Source: Eimeria praecox (Eukaryota). Taken from it: DNA of 64,000 bases. Location: contig OY986950.1 of NCBI GenBank assembly GCA_963920595.1, positions 1,736,001-1,800,000 on the forward strand, in the 5' to 3' direction. Below the pieces are notes generated by a model. The model had not been told where the DNA came from. It ran no database searches and saw only the letters and a program-made list of their open reading frames with translations. A program made the translations under genes and the position numbers. Shown here piece after piece: positions 40,898 through 58,571 of the stretch. Each line of letters begins with the position of its first letter. Position 1 is the stretch's first letter.

Positions 40898-41708
40898 TTC
40901 TTCAAGACAAGTCTGTGGCTGGTGTCTTCAACAGCAGCCTCAAAAAAGCAGACAGCCTCTATGGGGCGGCGGCGTCTCCCACTGAGGAGACAGGAGACAG
41001 GTAGCAAATGTCTCCAGCTGCGGAGACAGGAGACAAACAGCAACAACAGTTCTGTTGTTGTCTCCTACTAAAGATAAACCAACATAAAACAACAATCATC
41101 CCTCCCCGTCTCTGTCTCTATGCCGCTGTGTCTCCTATGGAGACAATCAAAGACCCCAGCTCGCTATAATAAACTCTAATAAACCCTAATAATTATATTC
41201 ATACAATCATCCCCCAAACTCCTCTGCTATTTGTCCTCCCCTAGCCGCCCCATCTGCACATTTTCAGGTGTACATACACCCGAGAAGGGGCAGAGAGCCG
41301 CTCTTTGACAGCTTTGAAGGAATCCAACTTGACTGCTGCTGCTGCAGCTGCTGCTGCAGCTGCTGCTGCTGCTGTCAGCAAGAAGAGGTGTAACACAGCC
41401 ATCAAATCAAATGGCACTTGAAGACAGTAAACACCCAAAATGCGAGAAGGAGACAGAAGAAAGAAAGAGAGAGAAAGACAGGCAAACAACAAACCACAGA
41501 CAAACGCGAACGCGGCGCTTCTCCTACTGTCTCTTTCTTCTGTCTCCTTTATTCTGTCCCCTCGCCTTAGTATATGTATATGTACACCTCACAGCAACCC
41601 GTAGGCAGACAAAGGAGACACAATGAGGCAGCTGACGAAGGAGACGAAAAGGAGATGAAGACATTCATCGTATCTCCCTCCACCCATCACTCCGCAAAGA
41701 CCCCAAAC

Positions 41709-41893
41709 TCTGCTGCTGCTGCAGCATCTGCTGCTGCTGCTGCAGCATCTGCTGCTGCTGCTGCATCTGCTGCTGCTGCTGCAGCATCTGCTGCTGCTGC
41801 TGCATCTGCTGCTGCTGCTGCAGCATCTGCTGCTGCTGCTGCAGCATCTGCTGCTGCTGCTGCTGCATCTGCTGCTGCTGCTGCTGCTGCTGC
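41709..41893. repeat. Higher-order CTG repeat, (tctgctgctgctgc[tgc]agca)n with 18-21 bp units
   Basis: Directly visible. Confidence 0.85.
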
Positions 41894-42201
41894 ACGTAGG
41901 TGAGCAGCAGGCCACTAAAGGGTTCGGGGGCGTCAGCATATATGCGGGTGCATATCTGTCTGTCTCCTGCTTGTTTGCTGTCTCTGTATCCTTCTGTCTC
42001 CACCACTCTGTCTCCTCTTTGGGTTCTCTCTCCCTCTCCTGTCTCTTCTCCCGCGGCCATCTCCTCTCGTGTCTCCTCTAGTCCTTCATCCCTCAAAACT
42101 GAAATCAAAGCACAGACACCCCAGCGCTAGTCCTCTATATACTGTCTCCTTCTCGCGTCGTTTGAACACGGACTTAACGTTAAAATAGCGAGCGAACGTG
42201 C

Positions 42202-42278
<77 letters not shown>

Positions 42279-42593
42279 CGGAGAGACAGACAGACAGATA
42301 CATATACAGATACACAGCTATAGATATATAGGTAGAGATATACAGATAGAGATATACAGACAGAGATATACAGATGCAGATATATATAGATACATGTTTA
42401 TGTATATATATATATATATAACACGAAATAGAGAAAATGATATACACAACAGTATATCTGCATGCTCGCTTGGTGTGCTGCACATGTCTGCGTGGGGTGT
42501 ACGTACACAGCAAAGCTGTCTGTACAAAGAGTGCAACGAGTAGTTGCATACACAGCCATCAATCTATACAACTGCAGCAAGAATAATACAAAT

Positions 42594-46541
<3,948 letters not shown>

Positions 46542-49500
46542 TTTCAAATAAAGCCGCAGAGACACACCAGGTGCTGCGGCCAGATGAGGGAATGCAGGTT
46601 TGCTGCCGCAACAGCTGCAGCAGCTGCTGCTGCTTAGGCCGGGGCGGCGGAAGTTAGCTGAGAGGCTCTTGGCTTCTTCAGCTGTTTCAGATAGAGGCTA
46701 CGAGGAGGAGGCCGCAGAGCAGCTGCAGCAGCACGGGCGCCGCCGTTCAGCAGCGGCAGCAGCAGCAGCAACGGCGGCAGCAGCAGCAGCAGCTGAAGGC
46801 TCGCTCTCCCTGCAGACCTTACATGTGCTGTGTGCTGGGCTGTAGGTGTTCTGGTTCGTTCTTGTGGGGCCCCTGGGGCTTCAGTGGCTGCTGCGTTGGC
46901 TGTTGCTGCCGCCGTCACTGCAGCCGAAGTGCGTCGCTGGGTATTTGGGTTGTCTGCTTCTCAGGGGTCTTTGCGTGGGTCATTAGAGTTATTTGTGCTG
47001 CTTGTAGTTACAAAGTAAGCAAAGAGAGACGCGAAAGAACGGCGCCAGAGGCGGCAGCCGCGAAGGCAACAGAGTGGCCTCGGCAGTGCACAGGAGCTGC
47101 GGCGACACCAGAAGAAGGAAAGCGACTCGATATTAGGAAGAAAGACATACAGAATTACCCCAAATTTCTCCGTTTAACTTTGAAGAAGTGATATAATAAA
47201 CAAGCGATGTTTACTCCTTTATACAAGATAAGGCACAGGGTCCTCAGCCGTTCTGTGGCTGCTGCAGCGGACAGCCGCAGCCGCAACCTTCTGCTGCTGC
47301 AGCCGAAGCTAGATGACTGTGCGTCCCCTTTTCTCCTCCGAAGTAATTAATAAATATAATTTCTTTTATCTTTTTAATGTACTTAATTTGATCGCATACT
47401 GCTTGGGTTGCTGCCTTCTTTTTATGCGGCTCCCAGCAGCTTGCTGCTGCTGCTGTTGCTGCTGCTGCTGCGCAAACCAACCGACCGCCGCTGGTCAACT
47501 CGCTCGGCTGTCTGTCCACCACAGTGCCATTTAGCAATACCTGCAACTCGAGTTTTCACTTATCTTTCCCATCCTCTCATCATTGTTTCTGGGGGCTGCT
47601 AATATCGGCTGCCTACCTACCCAGTGCCGTGCGCAATGGGCCTAGGCGGGAGGAGAAAGCAAAGCAACTGCAACAGCGACTCCCCGCTTCCGCTAGGGCG
47701 AACTATGCATGTATGAGATTGTCTGAATGCATGTATGAACAGATACCTAAGCAGACTAGGGCTAAAGGAGGCAGCCGTTTAACTCTTAGCAAAGATAACG
47801 TAGCCGCTTAGTTGCCTGCAGATTCGCGAAACACGCGGAAACGACAAGTATTGAGTGTGATTACATCCAAATTGTTGTGTTCTCCTGCGCTCCCTGGAAC
47901 TGTCTGTACACCGTGAACAGATGCAAACTCGTGGTTATCTTGAAAGTAACCTGCTACTTCCTTGAATCTTAAGGGGATCTCTGTATGGGATGCGGGCTGG
48001 CCAGCAGCAGAAAAGGGCTTCAGAATATATTCAATGTCCCTCATTCCCCTTTGAGTGTACGCATGATCTTAATCCTATAGCGGGGCATTTCGGCTGCATT
48101 TACGTTGGCCTTCCACGAAGAAAAGCAAGAGCAAGAGTCACCGAATAACTCGAACCTTGCCGCTTTTGAAATCGGAGCAAAGAGAATGGCTTAAAAGTAG
48201 ATACATGGGCTTGTTGAATCAGCACAGAGCTAATCGTCTTTTTAGTGTCTTTAATCCACCTTGATTGCTTACCTTGTGATCAGCTCCCTATACAGAGCGG
48301 CCTAATCTCTAACTCGGCTGTAAATACGGCATATCCGCCTAGTATTGTTTTACAAGTAGAAGGTCGGTAATAAGATATATCCTTCATCGAATAGTGTGGC
48401 GGTTAATGATTTACTCAATAAACAAACTGCTGCATGTACCGCAACTTGCACAGGGAGAGATATGAGCATGCATGCTGGGCTGTTGAGGTAGAGGCTGCTA
48501 AGTGTATTTCTGTTTGCGATAGACTTGTGTTTTGCACGTGTATGTGTTCACCTTCAAAGGCACATGCTGCTAGCATCATCCAGTATTTAATCTCTGTTTA
48601 CCTTGCAGTTTCGGGTGCAGCCTTGCACTTCACGTCTGTACCCACCAATACTTTGAGGAAAATGTAGTATGGATGGATGCAGATAAGTCGGCACAAAGAT
48701 GCAAAGACCTCAAATGCATATGTATACGTTCTTATATGTGGATATGCGCGAACAAGTAATGTATATATGTGTGCGTGTGTGTGTTTCTGAACCTGCACCC
48801 CTGTCTTGGTTGCACTCAGATGTGCACTCCGCATGATAAGGCTATTGAAATGCACTAATTAGTTCGTTCTAAGTTTTATATCAATAAAGAATATAAATTA
48901 AAATAAGGGAAAGAAGGATTTGCGTGCACCTGTTGTACGGCATCACACAGGTCACCCAACCCTGAAGCCTCTCCTTCGTTTGTCTGTTGTCGTGGGCTTA
49001 AGCGTTTGTCTGTGTGACGGGTAAGCCTTCATGAAACGATCGCTAAACATATGGAAAAAACATTTAAAGACACAAGCGGCTCATTTCCCTCCAATCCCGG
49101 CAGTTCAGATCTGCACTGGCACGTCCGGACTGGTTCAGAAGACCGGTGGTTCTCTATTTCAGTTCAGCTGCACTTGAATGTGCCCCGCTGTGTCTTGGCG
49201 GTATCCTTCTTTCCCCCTAAATTGATTAGCATGCTTGCAACTAATATTGGCATTCAATGGCAACGAGAAGAGGGCTGCTGCCACGACAGCATGCTGCTCC
49301 ATACTGAGCGGCTGCACTGGCGGCTGCGTACTCGCAAGAATTTCAGCTGCTCTTTTATTGCCCACATAGGTTGAAAATTACAATTTCATTCATAATAATT
49401 GAGCCTCAGCACTTTTTCAGGCAAAAAACACAATATTTTCCTCCCTTCAGCAATCTTGAAAGGTGCTCCTCGCCCGCTTCCTACAGTTCTAGCGGCACCC

Positions 49501-49743
49501 CCCAATGAGGCATTTGGCACCATATTGATTACTAAAAACCTTATTAAGCGTAATATTTGTACAGAAACAATATTCGTTAGAGAATCACCTGTTTTTATGC
49601 TCCTTCTTAGTTGTCCCTGAGCTCCTTTTCCTATTTCCCCCCCAGCTGTGTATGCGGTGACCCTGGCGCCAAATTGTACTAACGGAAACTTGAAGAAAAG
49701 CGTTTATTTGCACCGTTAACCCGTTACCCATCACTACCAGGCC

Positions 49744-52140
49744 ATGGGAACCTTGGAGAAGAGTGATAGGACCCATGCAGGGCGGGTCCTCACATCCCGG
49801 CGTCGCCTTGGGCATTTCACCTTGGAGGAAATCGGTCAAAAGAAGCCAAGAAGCAGCAGCAGCAGTTCAGCTCATTCTGCAGGCCCTATCTCCTTAGGTC
49901 CAGAGTTTGCCTTTTTGGAGCTGCGCTTGAAGCACGTGGCAGCCATAAAGAAACTCAAGGAGAAGCTTCGGCATCCCTTGCACCGTTTTTGGCCCATAAA
50001 ATACCCTGTGGTAATCGATGCAAATTTTCTTCCGCTGTATTTGCCGCAGCAATACAGGACTTCGACCCAGAAGGCTCCAACCGAACCCGCATCTTCTCTG
50101 ACCGCTCCTTCTGTTTCACTGTTCTCTAACCTGCGGTACAGGGACCCAAATGCCCCTTCAGACGGGAGCAGCAGCGGCAGCAGCAGCGCCAACGCATATG
50201 GTTGGGGGGAGAGGGACCAAGCGCTGCCCTGGCGATGTGTGCCAGGCATACACCCCAAGGACGAGTTGACTGCGTGGGCTGATATTCGTTGTTTGCTGAT
50301 GCAGCTGTTAGTCCAGGGTTCTTTGATTTGGGTGCCAGTGTTACTGATCTGGATATGGCGGCGTTACTGCACAACCCGTCGTCGCAAAATCATATTTGCT
50401 ATTGTCGTTCTTTCGCTCTTTCTCTTCCCCATTCGGCCGAGACCGCAAATACGCAGGTGGCATGGATGGGAAAATATCCACCGATACCACCGCACCGCTG
50501 CAATTGTCGAAGCCGCTGAACAGTTTCCTCCAACAGAACCGACCATCTTCACTATCTTCCCGCATGGAGTTGTTCCTACTGCTCCGGTAAGTGCTAGTTG
50601 ATGAACAAGTTACATTATTTCAACAAATGTTGAGCGTTCAGTCTGCAGCCGCCATTTGAGTGGTCTTTAAATTTGGAATCGTTTGTCTTTGCTTCTGCTT
50701 CGATTTTGTCTGGTACGGCACTGCGGTGGAATGCAGGCTGTGATGGCGACGGGGCAGTTCGGAGATATCCTGGGTCACTTCCGCCTGACGGCCGCCTCTA
50801 TAGTTCGCTGGTGCTTAATATATGGCCAGCTGATCTTCTTATCGGATGCAATTCCTGCGGACAAGTCCGTCAGCATTGGTTGAGGGCTGCGAAAGTGGTA
50901 GCTAGTGTGATATTTATTCAATGAATAACACGGTGTTGACTCTGTTGTTTTCTTTTATGGTTTGCTCTTCCAGAAAATCCATGAAGGAGAACCTCGAAAA
51001 GGGCTCCAGCCTTCTCGTCTCACCCGGCGGTATTGCCGAAATCTACGAAACTAATTCTTCTCAGGTTGGGCACTTCTTGCATGTCGTTAGTGGCAGCCAG
51101 CATAATGCATCCGTGCTTAATACGTGTAGAACTAGATACCAACAGAAGAGATAGTGCTCATGTTTACCTCGCGCCCAACACACCAGTGCATTTGGAAGGG
51201 CTCACAGCGAAATTCAAGCATCCGCTAGCCCTGCATTCTATTCATGATGAGTCCTTCATGCCTTCAACATAAATAAGTGCACAACACTACGGTAGCTCTC
51301 AATTCGGTGTACGCGATGCCCGTCTACACTGCTCCAGCTGCCAACCGCTACTGTCACGTCGTATTTATGGGTGTCCCTGCAATAAATAGGAACGCCTACA
51401 CCTGCAAGACCGCCTCGGAGTTGTTCGGCTCGCAATGCAAACGGGAGCGCGACTTGTTCCCGTCTACTGCTTTGGGAACAGCCAGGCATACCGTCTGCCT
51501 TGGGGCGTCCGCTTCCTGCAGCCGTTTGCCAGGTGCTCAGCTGCTTCTTCAAGCTCCTGCACACCGCCAGTAGTCGCTTGAACTGGTAGTATTCATAAAT
51601 GCGCATGCACATATATGCAGGATACGCGGTTGCATTCGAGAGCCTGTCCCTCATTGGAAGGTTCAATGCGCAAAGCGGCAATGCAGACAAAGGCATGCAA
51701 GCTGTGCTGAAGTGGGTTGGGGTGCTTGCCTTAGGCTCATGAGGATCGCATTTGTTTCGTTCTACGGTCGCTATGGCCTCCCAGTGGCCTACCGTGTGCC
51801 AATGCTCTACGCCATTGGCCGTCCGCTTCAAGTGCCTCAAGTGGACAAGCCTACAGATGCGGTCTGCCGCGCGATTCCCTTCCCTCGTTTCTCTCTTATC
51901 ATTTGCTGCATTAGGGTTATTATTGTGGCTTCTATTAGTGGCACTGTTGCTATCACCATTGTCATCAGTGCCGTTATGTTGGTGGTGCGCTGCTGGCACA
52001 CCCCCTCCCTTCTTTTCCTCTTTCTTGTTTCTCAGGAAGTTTCCGCTGCCCACAAACTGTTCGTAGCGGAAGTTCGACGCATTTTCGACACTTATAAAGG
52101 CGTCTACGGTTGGGCCAACAAGAAACTCGAGATCCTGTAG
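49744..52140 (+). CDS. Diacylglycerol/monoacylglycerol acyltransferase (DGAT2/MGAT family); 6 exons
   Basis: Exons 49744-50586, 50737-50864, 50974-51064, 51390-51532, 51735-51861, 52036-52140 join in phase. Two hydrophobic segments, then FPHG, PGGIAE, RLGVVRLA, LVPVYCFG, GRYGLP, IGRP. Confidence 0.88.
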
Positions 52141-53114
52141 ATGTATACACCTGCCCCAATCACGAGAACAGTCTTGACTCAGCATGGCCCCGCAAATCCT
52201 CGAGGGATTTTGGGATCCCTTGAGTGAATTCAACAGGCCTCAAACCCTTCTTTGGGTTACTGCCGCCACACTCCACCTCCGCTGGAGCCCCTTTGGGGAT
52301 CCTGCTTCCCTAGGAGACCCCTTTTGGGTCTCGGTGGGGCACCTGAAGAGCCTTGACGGTCTGCTCCTTGACGATAAATTTCGCGTTCGTACTGGTTACC
52401 TACTGGCCTGCGCGCATATGTTCTGCCTAAAAAGGCTGGGGCAGGCTAGTATTTCAGCTGGGCGTATGAAGTGGATATCTGCTGGCCCTGATTTGAGCTT
52501 TGATTCGACATTCCTGTTCTGCCCTTGATGGTAAACTACACCGTGAATCCTGTCATTCGCACGTTTGTAACATGCTACTGCTTCGAGGAAGAGGGCACCA
52601 GGCACGGGAAAATATGTATCTTTAGCGAGTCAGAGATGCGCTGCGCCGGAGGATGCTCCTCCTGCGTTTAGTTCTTTCAGCTCCCTTCAATGGGTGCCGG
52701 ACCACAGGCACGAGGCACACGTCAGCGATCTCTACAGAGACACATGGGGGAGTTACGGAGGATCTGAAGTGTGCGGCCTTTTGCCTGACTTGTTCTGCGC
52801 CCCTAAAGATGGGTATTTTCTTCTCCCAGGAGACAGAGGGATTTCCGTGAATGCACGGCGCTTGAACTACAGCAGCCGCATACAGGCTCTGTGGAAGAAC
52901 AAGCAAAACTGTTTCTCACACGAAGTATATTTCCGTTAAGAAAGCACTGTTTATAATCCACTTTCAAGCGAATGTGCACTGAAACTAGCCATTCCTTAAA
53001 AACGCATTGATGCACGACCTGTTGATGTACTGTAAAGGGGGGAAGCAGCAGAAAAGCAATTCAGAGCGTTTGGAAGCAATGGCCTCCTTATCAGTGGCAG
53101 CTCACGATGCAGAG

Positions 53115-54679
53115 CTATCGCTGCTGCTGCTGATACTGCTGCTGCTGACGCTGCTGTTCTGGCTGCTGTTGCTGCGGGTTAGGCACTACCGGTTCTCTCA
53201 TGAGAGGCTGGTAATGCGCATATTTAAGTGCGAGCTGGTCCCAGCCCTTGGGGAACTCTCTTTCTGACCCCCAGCGGCCCTCTCCCCGGATCGCCTGCAG
53301 AGACAACCGAAGACTCTCAGAGGAGTACTTGGGAAGGCGCAGCGGCGGCCGCGATCTTCTAAACCAACGCAGGGCCAACAGCTGGGAGGGCAGCGAGGGG
53401 CGCCACAAACCCTGAGACGATGCATTTGCAGAAACAAGACAAATCCGTTCGCAAACAAATTCATGCAAGAATACAAGGAATAACCAAGCAAAAGGCATCG
53501 AAGGAAATACACAAGAACATCATCAAACTAGTGAATAATGAAGTAGGTTAATATCCTACAAGCAGAATACGCTCATAAAGCAAACAAATATGCTGTAAAA
53601 AGGAGGAGGAACGCGTGAAATGTGAACTGCCGCATCTGTTGTAGAGAGTGTTACTCCACTTCATCTCCCCCTCTGCTCTCCTCAAGGCCATCTACCTGTC
53701 TATATGCTGGCTGTTTCTACATCTTCTTTGTAATTTTATCTATTAATCTTTCCCGTGTCTTATTGCTGTCTGCTGATAAGATCTCGTGGGCATCATGGTT
53801 ATCTTCGACTCCATGAACACGTATATGCTTTCTATGGCGTCCTACTTTTGGTTTTATTGCAAGCATTGTTATTAGTACTATTATTATAAGCTGGCGCAAC
53901 GAAACAAGACGCAATATACTTCTCCATTATCAGACACTGCTGCATCGTGAGGGAGCAGCGAATAAACCCTCGATGCTTGCATAATGCTGCCGCTTCCGCA
54001 CCTGTATAGAGCGCCTCTCCGTCCACACTTTGGGGCCACCGTGTCTGAGGAAGTTGTTCGGCCCCGAGCTGTCTCTGTGCAGCTGCAGCAGTTCCTCCAC
54101 TTGCCGCGGCTGGAGATTCTCCAGAGGAATTTCGGAGCGTGCCCCCGACTTGAACACAAAAGTGGCTTGCGGCTGCTCGTACTTGTCTTGCTGCAGCACC
54201 ACCTCCACCTGCAGCAGTAGCACCAGTAGCAGCTGAGAGGCAGTACACGCCACCTATTTTATATAATCATGCAAGTGCAGCGCTTCCATATACTTTTGAT
54301 GCCCCTAAGCCATTCCTGCTGTCAGGGATGGCGGATGCGGGTCCGCATCAACAGACAGTTGAGCAGAAACAAATACACACATAGCCTCCTGCCCTTGAGG
54401 GCTAACTCAGGCCTCGAGCAGCACCGAGCCTCAGACGTCCTACAGGTACATGAAGTTCGGTATATACACATCAGCAGCAGTTATACGCATCAACTGCCTA
54501 CAGGCACTAAATAGGGCAAGAAGTGCGCGAAAAAGTGTGGGGGTACAGACCTGGGGGTTTCGCTGCTCCCAACTCGGCAGCAAGTGCTTCAGATAGAAAC
54601 GCACACCACTGCTGCTGTATCCAGTCTCGCTGTAGCGCAGGAGCACCTGCTGCAGTTGCCAGACCCCTCTTTCACACAT
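53115..54679 (-). CDS. MRPL43: Mitochondrial ribosomal protein mL43 (L51/S25/CI-B8 fold); 3 exons
   Basis: Exons 54679-54551, 54208-54002, 53411-53115, all phase 0. Reads MCERGVWQLQQVLLRYSETGYSSSGVRFYL..NPQVEV..VWTERRSIQGLWRP, the typical mL43 signature. Confidence 0.88.
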
Positions 54680-55493
54680 GGCTGCTCGAGAGAGGCTTCG
54701 GCTGAGATTTGACTCGCTGTCACCCTGCTGCCCTCATGGGGGCAATTCTTGTCTGTATCTGCAGGAGATGATAATCCTTCTAACCGCTCTGCTCGAGCTG
54801 ATTACCCTTGTCTGCACTGATTCGCCTGTGTCCCGCCTTCTCGCTGTTCCTTCCAGCTGCCTGTAGGAGCAGCTGCGGTGATATTTGAGGCTGGAGGCCA
54901 CACACAGCCATCAATCATGCCTGGAGAAGCATATTTGTCAGGCGCTCTATAGCACTTCGAAGTTTATCTGTGCTGGGCAAAATTCTTGATAGGCCACCAG
55001 GATACTCGAAACCGAGCCGTTGACTAGGCGTGCAGTGCCTGGACAGTTCCGGGTGCTAGTCTCCGATAAAATGGCATCCCCTAAACTTCTTCTCAGTTCG
55101 AAATAATCTAAATCAGAGGCTTCGGAAGAAAAAAGCGAGAAAGGACTAAAGGCCTGAGCGGCAGCGGAAGGAGGTGTTCATGCAGACCCAAACTGTTGAT
55201 CTGAACTCAGCGGCTCCAACTGGCTGAAGTTGAATTGTCGACAATTTGCTCTATGAAATACATTTGAAAACACCATAACATCACTTGGGGAAGGTTGGTT
55301 CTACGAGATGCCGGGAGAAAGAAGGTGGTAATCGCGCTTCCAAAACTACGTTTCACGCGCGTACACGCCAAGGGAGCAGGCCAATGCTTCTCTGGGGCGC
55401 AAAGCGGGCCCTTTCTTGAACCAGATTGAGGCAAATTAAGGAATTTAGGACTTATCTTTTCTTATACCCCTCCAAAACGAACAGAGTTCCACC

Positions 55494-56220
55494 ATGAGGA
55501 GCATTACGGCGCTACTCGCGCTTCTGTTGACGATCACCCCTGCTGCATGCGCACAAGCATCTGCAGGTGAAGAGGAATCCTCTCCATTCAACTACATCAC
55601 AGCGGTAGGCGCCGCACTACCAGCACTCAGTCTTTGCAGCAGGAGCAGCAGGAGCAGTAAAGGCAGCAACAGCTGCTGCTGTTGCTCTTACTCACTCACA
55701 GTGGTCCTGCATGGCCATGTGCTTATCAAGCGTATGCCACTTTCGATGTATGGATTTAATTGGTGTCTTTTGGTTTCACTTGAAGGAATTGTACATATAT
55801 CAGGAACAACCACACAATATCAAAGCCCCAACGCCACTTGCAACAGCAGTTCGCAGTGCCGATGCAGTTCTTGCCGCAGTTGCCATTGGTGCGGCAATGA
55901 GGCAGGCGATGTTCAGCGGATGTCCTTATGTTGTGTATGAAGAAAGGACTGTATGGGGCGGGGTGAACGTACACCTGATCTGTGAATGTTTGAATGTGTA
56001 TGCCTGTGTGCGTGTGTCTGTCTGTATGTATGTATGTATGTCTGTCAATTTGTCTGTCTGTGTCTGTTTGTGTGCTTGTATCTTTCAGAACTTGCTGGCC
56101 CAGTTACTGATTATGTTGGTTTTGTTCCTTGGGAGTTGTATTGGCGTCTGCTGCCTGATAAAGATCGACACACCCACGACCTTCTCTGACAAGCCTCTCG
56201 TCATCAACAAGGAGTACTGA
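55494..56220 (+). CDS. Small single-pass membrane protein (about 80 aa) with signal peptide; Ac45/ATP6AP1/Voa1-like transmembrane segment and tail
   Basis: Exon1 55494-55604 (GCG|GTAGG) joins exon2 56089-56220 (tttcag|AAC) in phase 0: MRSITALLALLLTITPAACAQASAGEEESSPFNYITANLLAQLLIMLVLFLGSCIGVCCLIKIDTPTTFSDKPLVINKEY. The family call is an inference. Confidence 0.7.
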
Positions 56221-58571
56221 TTGCTCTTGAGATCAGCAATCTGTTTGCTGCAGCAGCAGTGTGAGGGCGCTTGCACACTGCTGCTGCGGCGGCGGTTGCA
56301 GTATACGCTGCACTTGCTGTTGGAGATCTTACAACACATGTTGCACTGTTGCGGTTACTGTTGCTGTTGCTTCTGTTGCTGCTGTGCAGCGGCATTTGAG
56401 CAGCGTGCATGCAGACCAGCGGCTGCGTGTGTTTCGGGGGCTTTTACATTGTGGCCCTGATGTAGCAAGCGTCCTTTTGACACCTGGCTGGGGGGCATCT
56501 GCGCCTTCCGGAGAGGGCTGTGCCTGCTAACCTTCATTGGGGCTGTCTCCCAACTGAGAGGCGCCGCCGGGCTTCAAGTATTTCATTTAAAGAGCCTTAC
56601 CTTCTCCTTAGAATAGCGGCACAGACAGACGGTGCAGAGGTTGCTGAGTTTGCATGCAGCACCCGTCCTTTAGCCTGGCTCATGTATCACGTTGAGTTTT
56701 CGTGCAGCTGATTTCGTTGCTGCTAATAGCTTTGGAATACCAAATTCCACATACAAGTTACCCCAGAGCTTGCACCGTTCGGTTTCCTCAGTTTCATGCA
56801 TGCACACAGCACGGGCCATTGCTGTTGAGTTCTCTTCGGGAGAGCGTACGCATGAAGTAGGAGCGTGCTGTCGCAGCTCGGGCTGCAGGCTGCTGGCTTT
56901 TGCTGTCTTCTCTCCAGAGTCAGGGGAAGCTTACAAGCCCCTTCCGTATCATGGTGAACTTTGGCTAGCTGCAGCTAGCCGCAAGTGCCGGCGTGATGTT
57001 GCTAATATAATGCTTCTCCTTCTTTCTAACTCCCCTCAACTACTGCTAAACCAGGTATCCCTGCAGCTGCAAGAAAAGCAAATGCGGCAGCAGCACATGA
57101 GGAGCGAGCTTTTGTCCCCCATGCTTCCCTGGCCGTCTCGCTGCCTGGAGAAGGCCTTCAAAGCCTGTGGGCTCTCCTCTGACAGATTTGGAGGTAATGC
57201 ATCTCCAACAGCTGCTGAAGGTGCATAACCTCCCAATCTTCCAGCCTGATTCCCGCAGTAGCTCCTGGCGACCCTTCAGGTGTTGTATTTCGATGCCCTT
57301 CGCAAAGTTTAGAGCTTGGGAGGTCAACAGAACGGGAAATCTGGAGCCCTTTGATGTGGCAGTATCGATTAGTGAAATGATCTGGATGCAGCGTCCTGCT
57401 TCTGTCGCACTGTGTGGTTAGTGTTGTATGCATTTGTACTAGTTGACTCCTGATTCCTAAGGAGCAAGAGAGCATCTAACACTTGTCTACGGTGTCACTG
57501 CATGCGCAAAAAGGGGGCTGGGTTAAGCCGGCTGGTCGGGGGATCTTGCAGCAGTAGTTGCAGCAGGGTGTGTTATACCTCAAGGCAGAATCCGCTGGCC
57601 TGTGCCCACCCCACACTCCTTTAGCGTCTATGGCGCCTGAAAACTGAACGATAGGAAATAACCTGAATTTTAGGAATAGAAGCATCAAAAGCACTGTGAT
57701 TGGGTTACAGCTGACAACGGTCTTGCCTTAGTTCGATGTCTGCCGTCACACCGGCAGACCCCCGCGGGCAGAATTCTATGGGAATTCTCCTTTAAGCTGT
57801 TCCCTCTTGGAGATTTGGGGGGAAAAGGTTAATATATGTTTAGAAGGGCTTTGCAAGTCAGGGATAGTTTCGAAGGACGAGGGGGATAAGCACGAAGCGA
57901 CGAGGTGCAGCTAGGCAGTGGCGCCAATGAATGCTCTGCCTGTGTGGCCCTGTTATTGCGCTTCTTTTCCCCTTGTGAGGCCGTTTCAATGATTCTTGCT
58001 CCTAATTCTTTGAAAATGAAGAAAGCTACAAACCAACGCAAAGGGTACAGCCGGCTGTGAGCAGCAACGGTCTCACTGTGGGGCCCCTTGGGGGCCCCCG
58101 CTGGCTCCTGAGCGCCCGCTCTCTCGCGCCACTCTTTCGTTCTGCTGCGAAGAAATTATTGAAATGCATCAATTACAAATTCAGGTCTACCGTTTGATTG
58201 CCGGAAGAACGCCTTCTTCTTCATTGAGGGCTGCGGGACCAAGAAGCTACACAGAAGCCTTCGGATAGAAACAACGAAATTCATCATACAAACCTCAGCG
58301 AAAGAAAAGCAACGTCACATGCGCAGCCCGTTGGAATGAACCGGTGCATGCAGGCGGCAGATTGAGGGTTCTTCGGCAGCGCTTCCTCAAGGCTGACCAC
58401 TGCAGTGCAAGTCACACCTGCACATGCGCTTGCACGTAATGCAACAGTTTTTGTACATGCTTTTAGGCATACCATATACGCACGCGTATATGTAGAATGA
58501 CACCCCCTCCGGCGGTCACAAGACGATGAGTAACTCTTTTTGCCGAATACTTTGAGGCTGCACGGGTGGCT

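Noticed and set aside
41665..42200. Terminal ERK7 exon or a separate poly-Q gene
   Set aside because: Several possible acceptors, repeat-derived content and no recognisable homology; left unresolved.
51256..52233. 325-aa minus-strand ORF
   Set aside because: Antisense to the DGAT2-family exons and introns, non-ATG start, no domain.
56520..57480. Possible small gene between the Ac45-like gene and ATM1
   Set aside because: Overlapping short ORFs with no consistent exon chain or recognisable motif.
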